The notes beneath the pieces were generated by a model that worked only from the letters and a program-made list of their open reading frames with translations, was not told where the DNA came from and did no database searches. A program made the translations under genes and the position numbers. DNA of 64,000 nucleotides from Planctomycetota bacterium (lineage in GTDB: Bacteria > Planctomycetota > UBA11346), in the NCBI GenBank assembly GCA_038231435.1, contig JBBRLJ010000002.1:32001-96000 (forward strand), in the 5' to 3' direction. Below are positions 29,467 through 39,955 of the stretch, in pieces. Position 1 is the stretch's first letter, and each line of letters starts with the position of its first letter.

Positions 29467-31107
29467 CTAGTCCTCGTCGGACAGCACGATGATCTTCATG
29501 CGCAACGTGCTGAGGTCGCGGCCGCCGCGGCGGCGGGTGGTGGGCACCACCCACAACTGGCCATTGCCGGTGAGCACGCCGGCATCCTGGCGGTCGCCAC
29601 CGTTGCCGACCAGGAACACCATCTTGTCCTTGTCGTCGGGGTGCGGCACCACGCGTACGCGCTTCTGCGGGCTCAGCTGCACGCCGCCATTGCTGCGGTC
29701 GACCTTGGCCTCGATGGTCACCAGCTGGCCCTTGAGCTTCTCCCACTGCTTGGTGGTGAGGTTGTCGTAATCGATGTCGGCCAACGGCAGGATGGCGTCG
29801 ATCTCCTCGAGCCGCTTCTCGACCATGGTCTTGTTGACGCCGTTCAGGCTGCCGAGCGCGAGATTGTACCAGTGCTGGGCGCGGAGCCACGCGCGGGTCT
29901 TCTCTGATCCCGAGACCTTCCTGCCGAGATCGTACCAGGCGTCTCCCGTGGCGCGCTGGTCGGCCGGCTGCTTCGGATCCGAGAGCTCCATCTCGGCGAC
30001 CTTGTGCAGATCGGCGTCGTCGCCCAACGAGAGCATCGGTAGCCCGAGATCCCAGCGCTGCATGTCGAAGCAGAAGAATTTCCCGGCGATGACGTTGGCG
30101 CGGCGATCCTTGGGATCGTCCATGAGCTTGAGGATCGCGGCGGCGGTGGCCTTGCCCTTGATGCGGTTGAGCACCTCGCGCTTGCGCGCGTCCGCGTCAA
30201 AACCCTTGTAGGTCTCGCCCATGCGCTCGATCGCGCTGAGCAGCTGTTCGTAGTCCTCGGATTCCATCGCCAGGCGCGTCGATTCGTCGAGCATCACGAA
30301 GTAGACCGACGCGTCCTCCTTGTTGTTCTCGGCCTCGGCGAAGAACTTGTGCGCGAGCGCGCGCTTCGTCGCATCCTTTCGCGCCGCCTGGTAATCGTCT
30401 TTGTAGGTGTTCTTGATGGTCGCCAGGGCCTTGTCCTGGCTCGCCTTCTCGGGAACGGTGACGGTGCCGACCGCGACCGAGGGCGGGCGCATGAAGCGGT
30501 TGCGGCGGATCTGGTCGATCTCCTGCTTGAGCTGCTCTTGCTCGTGCTTGCGCTCCTCGGACACCTGGCCGAGATACAGCGTCTGCTCCTTGGCGAAGAC
30601 CGCCGAGGCCTGGTGCGCGGCGTCGCTGTCTGGGAAGCGCTCGATGATCTCGCTGAAGCGGATCGCGGTCTCGAAATGCTTGTCGGGGTTCGCGGCCTGA
30701 TACTTCTGCGCGCGCTCGAGGTAGGCGGCCGCCTCGGTGACCGGCACCTCCTCGGTGATCAGCTTCTCTACGTTCGCGAAGTCTGCCTTTGCGGCGCCGC
30801 CCTTCTGCGCGACGTAGGTCTGCAAGTCGGACATGTTCATGCGCTTCTTGCACCAGAAGATGTCGGCCTGCATCTCGCACACCGCGTCGACGTCGCCGAG
30901 CTTCTGATAAGTGGCGAGTGCGTGCGAGAAGGCCAGGGCCGCATCCACGCCGCGGTGCGGATCGCCATCGGCCTCCTTCATCGCCTGCAGTCCGACGGCC
31001 GCGAGCGCGTCGGCGTCCTGCCGGGTGGGCGGGGATGCGATGTCCTGGGCGGACGCGAGCCCTGAAGGGACCCCGAGCAGGATGGAGCACAGGAGCAGGA
31101 CGCGCAT
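29467..31107 (-). CDS. Secreted helical (TPR-like) hypothetical protein
   Basis: Signal peptide; GKFFCF...WDLGLPML..G...GDAWYD motif; strong coding bias. Confidence 0.8.
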   Translation of the reverse strand: MRVLLLCSILLGVPSGLASAQDIASPPTRQDADALAAVGLQAMKEADGDPHRGVDAALAFSHALATYQKLGDVDAVCEMQADIFWCKKRMNMSDLQTYVAQKGGAAKADFANVEKLITEEVPVTEAAAYLERAQKYQAANPDKHFETAIRFSEIIERFPDSDAAHQASAVFAKEQTLYLGQVSEERKHEQEQLKQEIDQIRRNRFMRPPSVAVGTVTVPEKASQDKALATIKNTYKDDYQAARKDATKRALAHKFFAEAENNKEDASVYFVMLDESTRLAMESEDYEQLLSAIERMGETYKGFDADARKREVLNRIKGKATAAAILKLMDDPKDRRANVIAGKFFCFDMQRWDLGLPMLSLGDDADLHKVAEMELSDPKQPADQRATGDAWYDLGRKVSGSEKTRAWLRAQHWYNLALGSLNGVNKTMVEKRLEEIDAILPLADIDYDNLTTKQWEKLKGQLVTIEAKVDRSNGGVQLSPQKRVRVVPHPDDKDKMVFLVGNGGDRQDAGVLTGNGQLWVVPTTRRRGGRDLSTLRMKIIVLSDED

Positions 31108-31374
31108 AGCCGTGATGTACCTCGATCCGGACTTGGGAATAGTCCGGAGAGAGTGTACCCGGACAGCTCCAGGATGTTGAGGAGCCTTTCACTGACTGGG
31201 CTTAGGTCCTCTTTGGAAGGCGCCTACGGTCTTGTGCAGGTTTGGTCTGTATCGTGCCAGGAAGAGCAGGGCCGCGGCTCCCCGGGCGTCTGAACGCCTC
31301 CCAGGAGCGTTAGCGCGCCCGTATCCGGACTTGGACGATCGGCAGCCGGCCCACGATCGCGGCCTGGAGAACGC

Positions 31375-31785
31375 ATGCGCGGAATGATGTGGATGCTGGC
31401 GTGCCTGTCCCTGATCGCCACGGCATGCGGATGCGCCGATCAACGCAGCGCCGGAGCTCGCTCCGACCTGGTGGGCTACCGCACGGTGGTGGTCCTGCCA
31501 GTGGCCGATCGCGCGCTGGCCGCGGCGTTGGGGCGCACGCTCGCGAATGCCGGGTTCCAGCGCATCGCCGCTTCCGCTGAAGCACTGCGCGCCGATCCGA
31601 CAGTCGCCGCCGCGACGCTGGTCTGCGAGGCACGCGCCGACGTCGGCCCCTCGATGATGCGGATCCGCCTGCACCTCTCCGACTACGCCAGCGGAGCCAC
31701 CCGTTACGCACGCGTCCTGCCCGCCCTCGGCCCGGCCGGCTATGCCGACGCCCTCAGCACGATCGCCCCCGATCTGGCGAGGTAG
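31375..31785 (+). CDS. Putative lipoprotein
   Basis: GGAG RBS; hydrophobic N-terminus with ATAC/GC lipobox-like Cys. Confidence 0.6.
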   Translation: MRGMMWMLACLSLIATACGCADQRSAGARSDLVGYRTVVVLPVADRALAAALGRTLANAGFQRIAASAEALRADPTVAAATLVCEARADVGPSMMRIRLHLSDYASGATRYARVLPALGPAGYADALSTIAPDLAR

Positions 31786-31789
31786 ATGA

Positions 31790-31817
31790 GCGGGGGCGAA
31801 GCCCCCACACAAAAAAT
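31790..31817. terminator. Hairpin GGGGGC-GAA-GCCCCC followed by an A-tract (lone terminal hairpin of the repeat family)
   Basis: Seen directly just after the stop at 31785. Confidence 0.5.
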
Positions 31818-31862
31818 TGACTCTCGCGGTTAGCGATTATCCTCCGCGTTGAGGTCCCGCGC

Positions 31863-32612
31863 ATGAATCGAAAGAAAGTCGTCCGCATCGACACTGGGCG
31901 CGCCGACTCCCCGGATGATGCCGCGGCGGCCGCCGGCTCCGGCACCGATCCGTTTCCACGCGAGACCGACCGGCGCGACGCTTCCAGCCGCGGAGAGGGT
32001 GATGGAGACCGCCAAGGCGCGGGCGGGACCCGGGGAGGGATCGCGCCCACCGACAGCAGCCCGCGCGCCCGGCCAACCACCACCAGCGAGGATGCGCAGT
32101 CGATGGTCTCCGAGTTGCGCGATCTGTGCGAGGCCGCGCTGCTCAAGCCGCTCGACAGCCCGTCAGGCGATCCACTCGCCGCGCTCGAACTGCGGCCGGG
32201 GCAGACACACTCCGCGCGACAGCCGCATACCACCAACCACATCGCCGATGAGCTGGTGCGGCGGATCAAGTCGATGCCCCAGCTGCGCGCGCGCGTGATG
32301 TCGCAGCTGCTCTCGGGCAACGAGCCGCCCCTGGCGATTGCGCAGGTGCGCGGCACCGATTCGCAGAACGCGCTCAAGGAGCTGCGCGCGGTGCGCACGT
32401 TGCTCGACAACCTCGGCTGCCCGCGCAGCGAGGACGACAAGAATCTCAGCGTGGTCGAACGCATCCGCTGGCTGCTCGACATCGTCACGGCCACCCAGAC
32501 CGCGAGCGGCGCGGTGCCGATCCTGCCCGGCTCCGACCATACGCCGATGACCGGGATCCGCTGGATCCAGCAGCCTGATCCGCAGGCCGATGAGCCGCAC
32601 CAAAACGGCTGA
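31863..32612 (+). CDS. Hypothetical protein
   Basis: GAGG RBS; disordered N-terminus, helical C-terminal part. Confidence 0.7.
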   Translation: MNRKKVVRIDTGRADSPDDAAAAAGSGTDPFPRETDRRDASSRGEGDGDRQGAGGTRGGIAPTDSSPRARPTTTSEDAQSMVSELRDLCEAALLKPLDSPSGDPLAALELRPGQTHSARQPHTTNHIADELVRRIKSMPQLRARVMSQLLSGNEPPLAIAQVRGTDSQNALKELRAVRTLLDNLGCPRSEDDKNLSVVERIRWLLDIVTATQTASGAVPILPGSDHTPMTGIRWIQQPDPQADEPHQNG

Positions 32613-32636
32613 CCGCTAGAGATCGGAACGAGCCGC

Positions 32637-32945
32637 ATGATCCACGTCATCGCCACCATCACCGTGCATCCGGGGAAACGCCACGCCTTCCTCGACGAAT
32701 TCCACCGTGTCGTCCCGCTGGTGCGCGCCGAGGACGGCTGCCTCGCCTACGCCCCGACCATCGACGCGGCGACCGACATCGCCAAGCAGGGCCCGCAGCG
32801 ACCAGACACCGTGGTCATCATCGAGCGCTGGTCGGACCTGGCCCGCCTGAAGGCGCACCTGGTCGCGCCACACATGGAGGCCTACCGCGCGCAGGTGAAG
32901 GATCTGGTCGCGTCGTCGCAGCTGCAGGTGCTCGAGCAGGCGTGA
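32637..32945 (+). CDS. Antibiotic biosynthesis monooxygenase (putative quinol monooxygenase)
   Basis: VRAEDGCLAY, IERW...L.AHL..PHM. Confidence 0.9.
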   Translation: MIHVIATITVHPGKRHAFLDEFHRVVPLVRAEDGCLAYAPTIDAATDIAKQGPQRPDTVVIIERWSDLARLKAHLVAPHMEAYRAQVKDLVASSQLQVLEQA

Positions 32946-32960
32946 GCTGGGTGTGACGGC

Positions 32961-33920
32961 TCAGCTCGATCTCCGCCAGACGCTCACGTAGCCACGTACT
33001 CGCGCAACCGCATCCCGCGGACGTTCGCACGCGAACCGCTCGGCGAGTACGAACGCCTTGCGCTGCAGCTTGGCCCGCCGCGCTACGATGCGAGCCTTCG
33101 CCTTGGCCCGCAGCCGCGCGCCATGGCTCGTGGCCAGCTCGGTCGACAGCACCTGCAGATCGTGGTCGTCCCCCAGCAGATCCGCGAGCTCGTGCAGTTC
33201 CCTGGTCCACGCCGCCATCGGCCCGGGCCACGCCGGCGTGAACAACCGCGCCTGATACCACAGATCCTTGACCCGGCGGCGCCAGCGGTGCAGGCGCCCG
33301 TCCGTGGGCGCCTGCACCGCTTCGCTGCCGGTTTGGCGCACCCGCTCCAGCGCTCGCAGCAGCCCGCTCCAGATGTCCGCCCACGGCATCGACCGCGGCA
33401 GACTCGCGGCCAGCGCGCGCGCCACGTCGAGCGCAGCGCGCACCTCGGGAACGGCGGCGGCGAACGCCTCTCGGGAGCGGCGGCGTCCGCTCGAGAGCGC
33501 CGCGCGCGCCGCCGCGATCTCGCCAGGCGTCCCGGGCGGATCGTCCCGGCACAGGTTCGCGAACGAGGCTGCTACCACCTCGGCATCGCGGGCTGCTCCG
33601 AGTCCGCGCGATGCGCCAGAGAGCGAGCGTTCGAGGCTGCGCCGCCGCGCGCGAGGGATCGCCGATCGCGCCAGCCGCAGGCAGGCGCGGCATTCCTTCA
33701 CGCGCTTGCGCGCGTCGTGCACGCCGGCGACGCCTCGCGCCAACGCCGCGAGCGCAGCATCGATGCGTTGACGCAGTAACCTTTGCACCGCGTCGCCGGC
33801 GGATTCCCCGCGCAGCAGGGCGAATCCGCTGAGGTCCACGACCGGTTGCGCTTCAGGCTTGGCCACCGTCGGCACCTCCGACATGTGAGGCATGTGAGGC
33901 ATATCGGACAGTTCGGACAT
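32961..33920 (-). CDS. CHAD domain protein
   Basis: VHDARKRVK, ARDAEV, LHRWRRRVK, LGDDHDL. Confidence 0.88.
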   Translation of the reverse strand: MSELSDMPHMPHMSEVPTVAKPEAQPVVDLSGFALLRGESAGDAVQRLLRQRIDAALAALARGVAGVHDARKRVKECRACLRLARSAIPRARRRSLERSLSGASRGLGAARDAEVVAASFANLCRDDPPGTPGEIAAARAALSSGRRRSREAFAAAVPEVRAALDVARALAASLPRSMPWADIWSGLLRALERVRQTGSEAVQAPTDGRLHRWRRRVKDLWYQARLFTPAWPGPMAAWTRELHELADLLGDDHDLQVLSTELATSHGARLRAKAKARIVARRAKLQRKAFVLAERFACERPRDAVARVRGYVSVWRRSS

Positions 33921-34084
33921 CTCGTGAGCGCGCGTCCACCATCCCTCCGCCGGCAGCCCAGGCTACCCTCATGGTTCCGGCTGTCAGCGGCGAGCGGCTC
34001 AGGGTGGGACAGGGCGTGGCCCGCCGGATCCAGCCTCGGCCACGGTGGAGCGATCGATTTCGGGCTTCACGCGGTGGAGCGCGC

Positions 34085-37000
34085 TCACTTCCCTGGCGCT
34101 GGCGTCGGGACCTTCGCGCGGTCGCGGACCACCTGCTCGATGAAGCGCTGTTCCTCGCCGAACGACTGGTCGTCGGCAAAGCGCGCGCCCGCCAGGCGTG
34201 CGGCGGCAAGCGCGCGCTGATCGGCATCGGCGACCAGCGCGGTCCAGGCGATGTGGAAATAGAACGGCTTGGCGTCCACTTCCTCGCGCCAAGCGGAGAG
34301 CACCTGATCGAACCACGGGGCATCGAGCAGCTTGGCGGTGTTGCCGATCAGGCCGGCGACGGTCTCGGTCAGCTGACGGTCGTGATCCGCCGCAACCATG
34401 CGCAGCGCGGTGACCAGCGCCGGACGATCCTGAGCGAGCATCGCCGCGAGCACCCGCGCTTGCACCGACAGATCCACGAGTGGGCGCGATGACAAGCCCA
34501 GCGCCTGGGTGCGCTCGTGGGCCGCGATCAGGCGCGCCAGATCCGCGAGTGCCGCGGGCCTGTCGCAGGGCCTGTCGCTGGCGACTTCGGGGGACTCGCC
34601 CCACACATCGCGCGCGACCACGCTCCACCAGTATGGCACCGAGATCGCGATCCATGGCAGATCGAGGCGCAGCTGCGCGATCCCTCCGATGCGTTCGGCG
34701 CGCGCCGCCTCTGGGGCCGCAGGCGGCACGGCCTCGGCCAGCAAGGCCGCGAATTCGCCCCGGCCGATGGCGCATTCGTAGAAATAGCCGGCAAAGGCGT
34801 AGCGCCACGCGATGTCGCTGGGCTCCTCGACGTCGCGCAGGGCGATGCGGTCGAGCCAGCCCTGCTCGAGGCGGATAAGGCTATCCAACGCCTGGTCATC
34901 GCCGTCCCGGACCGGACCGAGCCAGCGGATGATGCCCTGCGCCTCGTTGACCGTCGAGAGCGCCAGTTGGCGGAAGCTCGACAGGTCGCGGTGGTGGTCC
35001 CAGGTCGCCTGGTCGAAGCGGTCGCGCAGCCAGGCGCCCACCTGGCCTTGCGATTGCAAGAGTCCCGGCAGCACCCAGCGCTGCAGGATCTCCTCCTGGG
35101 CGCGGGCCTGGGTGCGGACATCCAGCGAGCCGCCGAGCCGCACCGCCAAGCGCGGCAGAGTCTGTCCCAGGGACGACTCGAGCGCGGGGAATTCCACTTC
35201 GGACAGGCGTTTGGCCTCGATGGCGGCCTCGGCGTGGCGCTTCGCGCCGGTGAGCAGTCCGACCAGTTCGATCGAGCGCTGGGCGCTGGCGCGGCGGTCG
35301 TGGACGCGCTCGATCGATCGGCGCATATAGTCGATCGAATCGGGCCACTGGCCGGTACGGCGATACAGCCCGGACAGCTCGCTGTAGTTGGCGACATCAT
35401 CGTCGCCCGCGTCGAGCATCGCGCGCATCGTCGAGATGCCGCGCAGATAGGTGTGGAAGTACCAGTCGCGCTGGACCTCGATCATGGTCTTGGCGTATTC
35501 CGGTTCGCTGAAGATCCTCCAGCCGAGTCGCCAGTGCGAGCGGGTGTTCTCGCCGGCGAAGCGCAGCGACAGGCTGACCTGGCCGGGATCGAAGCCGGCA
35601 TTCTCGTCGAAGTGATGGTACGCGGCTTCGAGGGCCTTGGGCAGCTCGGCGTGCGAGAACTCGAGGGCCGGTCCGGTCTGGAGCACGGCCACCGTCCAGA
35701 CGCCGTCGTGCTTCTCGGCCCACGACGCCGCCAGGTGGCGCGGCAAGCTCATGACGATGACGTTGTGGCCCTGGCGGACGGCGATCTCCTGGTACAGCTC
35801 GGCGAGATCGTCGCAGTCGCCGCGGCAGATGCCGCCAGCGGCCGTGGCGAGCGTCTGACGCGCGGTCTGGTGGATATCGCCGCACAGGTCCTTGGCTCCC
35901 ATCAGCAGCGGCTGCCGCGGATCCGGGCTATCCCAGGAATAATTGAAGAGGTGACTGCCGATCAGCGCGAGATGCGGGACATCGGGCAGCGCCGCCGCGG
36001 CCTCGGCGAGGAAGCGTTCAGCGTCGCCATCGGCACCGGTGGGCGGACGCAACGCCCCGTGCGCGGTTACCAGCAGACGCGCGTCCCCAGCGAGGTCCTG
36101 GATCATCACATGGGGCGGCATGTAGCCGTTCGCCAACGCCGTGCCCAGCTCGTGATCGCCGGAGGGGAAGCGTTTCCGCCATCCGGCCTCGGTACCGCGC
36201 CAGCCACCAGCCGCAGACCAACCGGCCACCTCGACGTCCTCGATCCACAGGCCGGCGTCGCACGCCGCGATGTCCGCGTCGCCCGGCCGGCGCGGGTCGG
36301 CGCCGGCCGGCAGGCCGACGCGCAGCAGCGCTTTGGCGAAACGTTTCGTAGTGTAATAATCAGGAGCGGGAGCCGGGCGCACGAACGCGCAGCGCGCGGG
36401 CGTGGTCAAGGTCCACGCGCGACGTCCGAAGGGATCGGCCAGCACCTCGAGGCGCATGCCCGGGCCCTGCCAGGACTCGACGGGCGTCAGCGCGTCGGCG
36501 TCGGCGACCGCGTGATCGAGCGCCTTCGCCCGTTCGCCAAGAATGGCGTCGAGCCAGCCGTGGCGGATGAGGTGGCGGCAGAATTCCGGCTCGATGCCGG
36601 TGGATTTCGACGATTCGTCATCGCTCTCGGCGAGATGCTCAAGCACGGTGCGCAGCGACTGCTGCGCGAGCGGCGATAGCGGCGTCGAAGCGAGCGATGC
36701 GGACAGCTCGGAGGCGGCGGTGGTCAGCGCGGTCGCGGTTCCCGGGTGTTCGAGCGCCTGGGCGTCATCGCGCGTGAGCACGCCTTCCTCGATCACCATG
36801 CGCTTGTCCGAGCGCAGCCTCAGGCCGGTGAGGACTCCGCGCGAGAGCACGAATCCGGAGTCGGCGTCCTCGCTCGCCATAATCCCGGCATCCCGGGCGC
36901 GCGCGATCAGCGCCGCGAGCCTGTCGCCGAGTGCTTCCTCATCGCCGCCAAGCAGCTCCTTGTCGATGCGCAAACGTCCGATGCCGCTGCCGACGCGCAC

Positions 37001-37231
37001 CGTGCCGTCGTCGGTCTGTACGAGGGTGAAGGGGTGCGATCCGCCCCAGGTGCGCGTCGGCGCCGACCCGACAGGCGCTGTGGACGCCGCGGACGAAACC
37101 GGCGTGGGAAGCGTCGGCTCGTCGGCGGCTCCGAGCGTCACGGCTCCGAGCAGCGATCCGAATGTCGTTCCCAACGTTGAAAGCAGCGCCGCCATGAGCA
37201 TGGACGGCGAGCAAGCGCAACGGAAGTTCAT
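34085..37231 (-). CDS. Large secreted protein with transglutaminase-like core and TPR-like C-terminal region
   Basis: N-terminal hydrophobic segment; GDCDDLA followed by LPRH; helical repeats. Confidence 0.7.
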   Translation of the reverse strand: MNFRCACSPSMLMAALLSTLGTTFGSLLGAVTLGAADEPTLPTPVSSAASTAPVGSAPTRTWGGSHPFTLVQTDDGTVRVGSGIGRLRIDKELLGGDEEALGDRLAALIARARDAGIMASEDADSGFVLSRGVLTGLRLRSDKRMVIEEGVLTRDDAQALEHPGTATALTTAASELSASLASTPLSPLAQQSLRTVLEHLAESDDESSKSTGIEPEFCRHLIRHGWLDAILGERAKALDHAVADADALTPVESWQGPGMRLEVLADPFGRRAWTLTTPARCAFVRPAPAPDYYTTKRFAKALLRVGLPAGADPRRPGDADIAACDAGLWIEDVEVAGWSAAGGWRGTEAGWRKRFPSGDHELGTALANGYMPPHVMIQDLAGDARLLVTAHGALRPPTGADGDAERFLAEAAAALPDVPHLALIGSHLFNYSWDSPDPRQPLLMGAKDLCGDIHQTARQTLATAAGGICRGDCDDLAELYQEIAVRQGHNVIVMSLPRHLAASWAEKHDGVWTVAVLQTGPALEFSHAELPKALEAAYHHFDENAGFDPGQVSLSLRFAGENTRSHWRLGWRIFSEPEYAKTMIEVQRDWYFHTYLRGISTMRAMLDAGDDDVANYSELSGLYRRTGQWPDSIDYMRRSIERVHDRRASAQRSIELVGLLTGAKRHAEAAIEAKRLSEVEFPALESSLGQTLPRLAVRLGGSLDVRTQARAQEEILQRWVLPGLLQSQGQVGAWLRDRFDQATWDHHRDLSSFRQLALSTVNEAQGIIRWLGPVRDGDDQALDSLIRLEQGWLDRIALRDVEEPSDIAWRYAFAGYFYECAIGRGEFAALLAEAVPPAAPEAARAERIGGIAQLRLDLPWIAISVPYWWSVVARDVWGESPEVASDRPCDRPAALADLARLIAAHERTQALGLSSRPLVDLSVQARVLAAMLAQDRPALVTALRMVAADHDRQLTETVAGLIGNTAKLLDAPWFDQVLSAWREEVDAKPFYFHIAWTALVADADQRALAAARLAGARFADDQSFGEEQRFIEQVVRDRAKVPTPAPGK

Positions 37232-37349
37232 GGCTGGTTGTAGGGATCAGCGCCGGCGTGGGAAGTAACCGCCGGGAGTCACTCGCGTGCGGCCATCTGC
37301 TGCGGATATCCAGCGGATATCCAGAAATGTGGACGGATGGCCCGCGGGA

Positions 37350-38186
37350 TCAGAAGTGGACGCGCACGCCGGCGTACGGCCCCTGCAGCTCCACGCCGCC
37401 GATATCGAGGTATTCGTAGCCGGCGTAGGGTTCGAAGCTCCCGATCCCGACGCCGAGGTCACCGCGGATGCGCACCAGCGACGCATGGCCCAGGGTGCCG
37501 AGCGCGAGATCCACCGTCAGGCGCATGGGACCGGCGACCAGCGCGTCGAATCCGAGCACGGCGCTGAAGCCGTAGTCGGTGCCGTGCGCATCGTGCATGG
37601 CGCGCGCGCCGAGCCCGCCGCGCAGCGATGCGTGCTCGCTCATGCACAGGCGGTACACCGCATCCGCCTCGATGAGGTCGAGTCGATCCCATCCTGTACC
37701 GGTGGACGGGAGTCGCCCGGATGATTCATAGAACCGGTCCCAACTGGCTTCGCATCCGAACGGCGGTTCCGCGTCCCAACGCGCGCGTGCTCCGATGCGC
37801 AGCAGATCGGCGTCCCGCATCCCGTACTCGGCCTGCGCGAACGTCCGCCGCGTCGGCGGCGACGCGGGCTCGCGCGGACGCGACCCGGCACGCTCGCGAT
37901 CCCGGTCGTCACCTGCCCACCGGTACGGCCTCTCGGCGTGCTCGTCGCGACACGCCACCGCCTCATCGCCCCCTCCGAACACCAGATGCACGAGGCTGCC
38001 GAGCACGCCGTCGCCATCGGCATGGTCGGACGAGCACATGGATGCCGTTCGGGAGGCCGGAGCCGACGAGGTGGCCGGCGCACCCGAGCGCACCTGTTCG
38101 CGCACCTGCCCGAGATGGCCTTCGGCAGCGCTAGCGGCGCTGGCGGTCAGTGAGACGAACGCGAGGAGCGGGAGCGGATGATACAT
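37350..38186 (-). CDS. Outer-membrane beta-barrel protein
   Basis: Signal peptide; terminal GPYAGVRVHF. Confidence 0.75.
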   Translation of the reverse strand: MYHPLPLLAFVSLTASAASAAEGHLGQVREQVRSGAPATSSAPASRTASMCSSDHADGDGVLGSLVHLVFGGGDEAVACRDEHAERPYRWAGDDRDRERAGSRPREPASPPTRRTFAQAEYGMRDADLLRIGARARWDAEPPFGCEASWDRFYESSGRLPSTGTGWDRLDLIEADAVYRLCMSEHASLRGGLGARAMHDAHGTDYGFSAVLGFDALVAGPMRLTVDLALGTLGHASLVRIRGDLGVGIGSFEPYAGYEYLDIGGVELQGPYAGVRVHF

Positions 38187-38356
38187 AGATAACTAATGTT
38201 AACATATCTTCAGTCGATTGGCCATCCTCACTTCAAGTGCTTATGTCTGCTTAGCTAACGACGAGGCACGAGTGCGACTCCGCGGGCCGTGGATGACGGA
38301 TGGCAGACGGCAGATGCAGGGAGCGGAAGCTGCGCGCACTCGAACGAGCGACTGCT

Positions 38357-38860
38357 TCAGGTCACGCGCACGCGGCCTTTCACCTCGAATTGGTAGGTGA
38401 ACGGGGTGCCCGCGATCGCCGCCTTCAGCCGCGCCTTCACCTGGTACACGCCGGGCTGATCCCAGGTGTAGACGCCATCGATCCCGCCGGCGATGCGCCG
38501 TTCGTAACTCGCCGCGCGCCGGGTCAGCTCGGTGGGGAGCGCCGCTTCGGGAAACGACGTGGTGGCGTCCTTCTGTACCTTCAGGCGCGTGCGGTAGGTG
38601 ATGAAGCTGTGCGCGCCGTTGAACAGGCCCCATTCGAAATGGATGTGGCAAGGCTGGTTCGCGCGTACCGACGCGCCCCCCACGCAGGTCAGGCGAGCGC
38701 GTTGGAGGGTAAACTGCGTCGTCGGCTCGCCGCGCGACGCCACGCCAGCAAGCGCGGCTGGACGCGCCCGCGTGCCGAGCATGAACACCAGCGCGCCGAG
38801 CACGGCCACCGTGCCGACCGAGGCGAGCATGGTGACGAGGATGATGGCGGTGAGGCTCAT
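38357..38860 (-). CDS. Membrane-anchored hypothetical protein (Ig-like C-terminal part)
   Basis: N-terminal TM; YTWDQPGVYQVKA. Confidence 0.7.
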   Translation of the reverse strand: MSLTAIILVTMLASVGTVAVLGALVFMLGTRARPAALAGVASRGEPTTQFTLQRARLTCVGGASVRANQPCHIHFEWGLFNGAHSFITYRTRLKVQKDATTSFPEAALPTELTRRAASYERRIAGGIDGVYTWDQPGVYQVKARLKAAIAGTPFTYQFEVKGRVRVT

Positions 38861-39100
38861 GGGTGGTCTCGCGGGTGTGGTTGCGCGGATTGTGCCGTGG
38901 AAAAGCTTCTGCAGTGATGTGCGGAGACGCGCGGGGATGAGCCGGGACGCGCCGCGATATCGCGCGCTACCTGGTGGACTGCCGCACGGCGTATCCGATG
39001 ACGCGCCTCGCGGACGCGGACGCTAGCTGTTTCACACAACCTGCCGACGCGTGCGGGTCATTTCCGGTTATCGACGCGCCGGTCGCACCGTCAGTGCTGC

Positions 39101-39835
39101 ATGCTCACCCATACCATCTTCCCGGCCCTCGATGCGCGCGATGACGCGCGCGAGCGCGCACGCGACGGCCTCGACCACGATCCCGATCTGGTGCCCGCGG
39201 GCGAACCGACCTGGGACGCGATGTTCGCCGAGCTGCTGCTCGCGGTCGGCGACGACGATCTCGCCGCGGTGCGCACACTGCTCGCGATCGGCGCGCCCGC
39301 ATCGGCGCGCAACCGTCACGGGCAATGCCCGCTGGCCTGCGCCGCGAGTCACGGGAGCCTCGACATCGCGAGCCTATTGCTGGATGCCGGCGCCGATGCG
39401 AACGGCCTCGGCGTGAACGACCACCCCGTACTCACCCTCGCTGCCGGCCAGGGCTGCGTCGGCATGGTCGAGCTGCTGCTCGCGGCCGGCGCCGACGCCA
39501 ATGCCCGCCGCGCATGCACGGGCGAGAGCGCGCTGCATGTCGCCGCGGCCTTCGGCCATACCGACGCGGTGATGGCCCTGCTGCGCGCGGGTGCCGATGT
39601 CCGGGCCCGCACCGAGGCCGAGGTGGAGACCGACTTGTTTCCAGGACGCCACGAGGTTGGCGAGGAGACGGCGCTGCATCGCGCCGCCGAGAACGGATCG
39701 CGCGACATGATCGAGGCGCTGCTCGCCGCGGGCTCGAGCCGGACGGCCCGCACCATGCTCGGCGAGACACCGCAGTCCTGGGCGCGCCGGGCGCGGCGAG
39801 ATCCTGAGATCGTGCGCCTGCTCAAACAACTCTGA
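39101..39835 (+). CDS. Ankyrin repeat protein
   Basis: Repeated ankyrin motifs (GESALHVAA, ETALHRAA, LLAAGADAN). Confidence 0.9.
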   Translation: MLTHTIFPALDARDDARERARDGLDHDPDLVPAGEPTWDAMFAELLLAVGDDDLAAVRTLLAIGAPASARNRHGQCPLACAASHGSLDIASLLLDAGADANGLGVNDHPVLTLAAGQGCVGMVELLLAAGADANARRACTGESALHVAAAFGHTDAVMALLRAGADVRARTEAEVETDLFPGRHEVGEETALHRAAENGSRDMIEALLAAGSSRTARTMLGETPQSWARRARRDPEIVRLLKQL

Positions 39836-39955
39836 TTTCTAGGATCCGGCCCCAAAATCCGCTGAATACTGGACTTGGAGCTCGTGTGTCATACGCGTTG
39901 CCGAGCTCCTTCCAGACGACGGTGATACCACCCCCCTGTGGGGGGTCGTACATGT

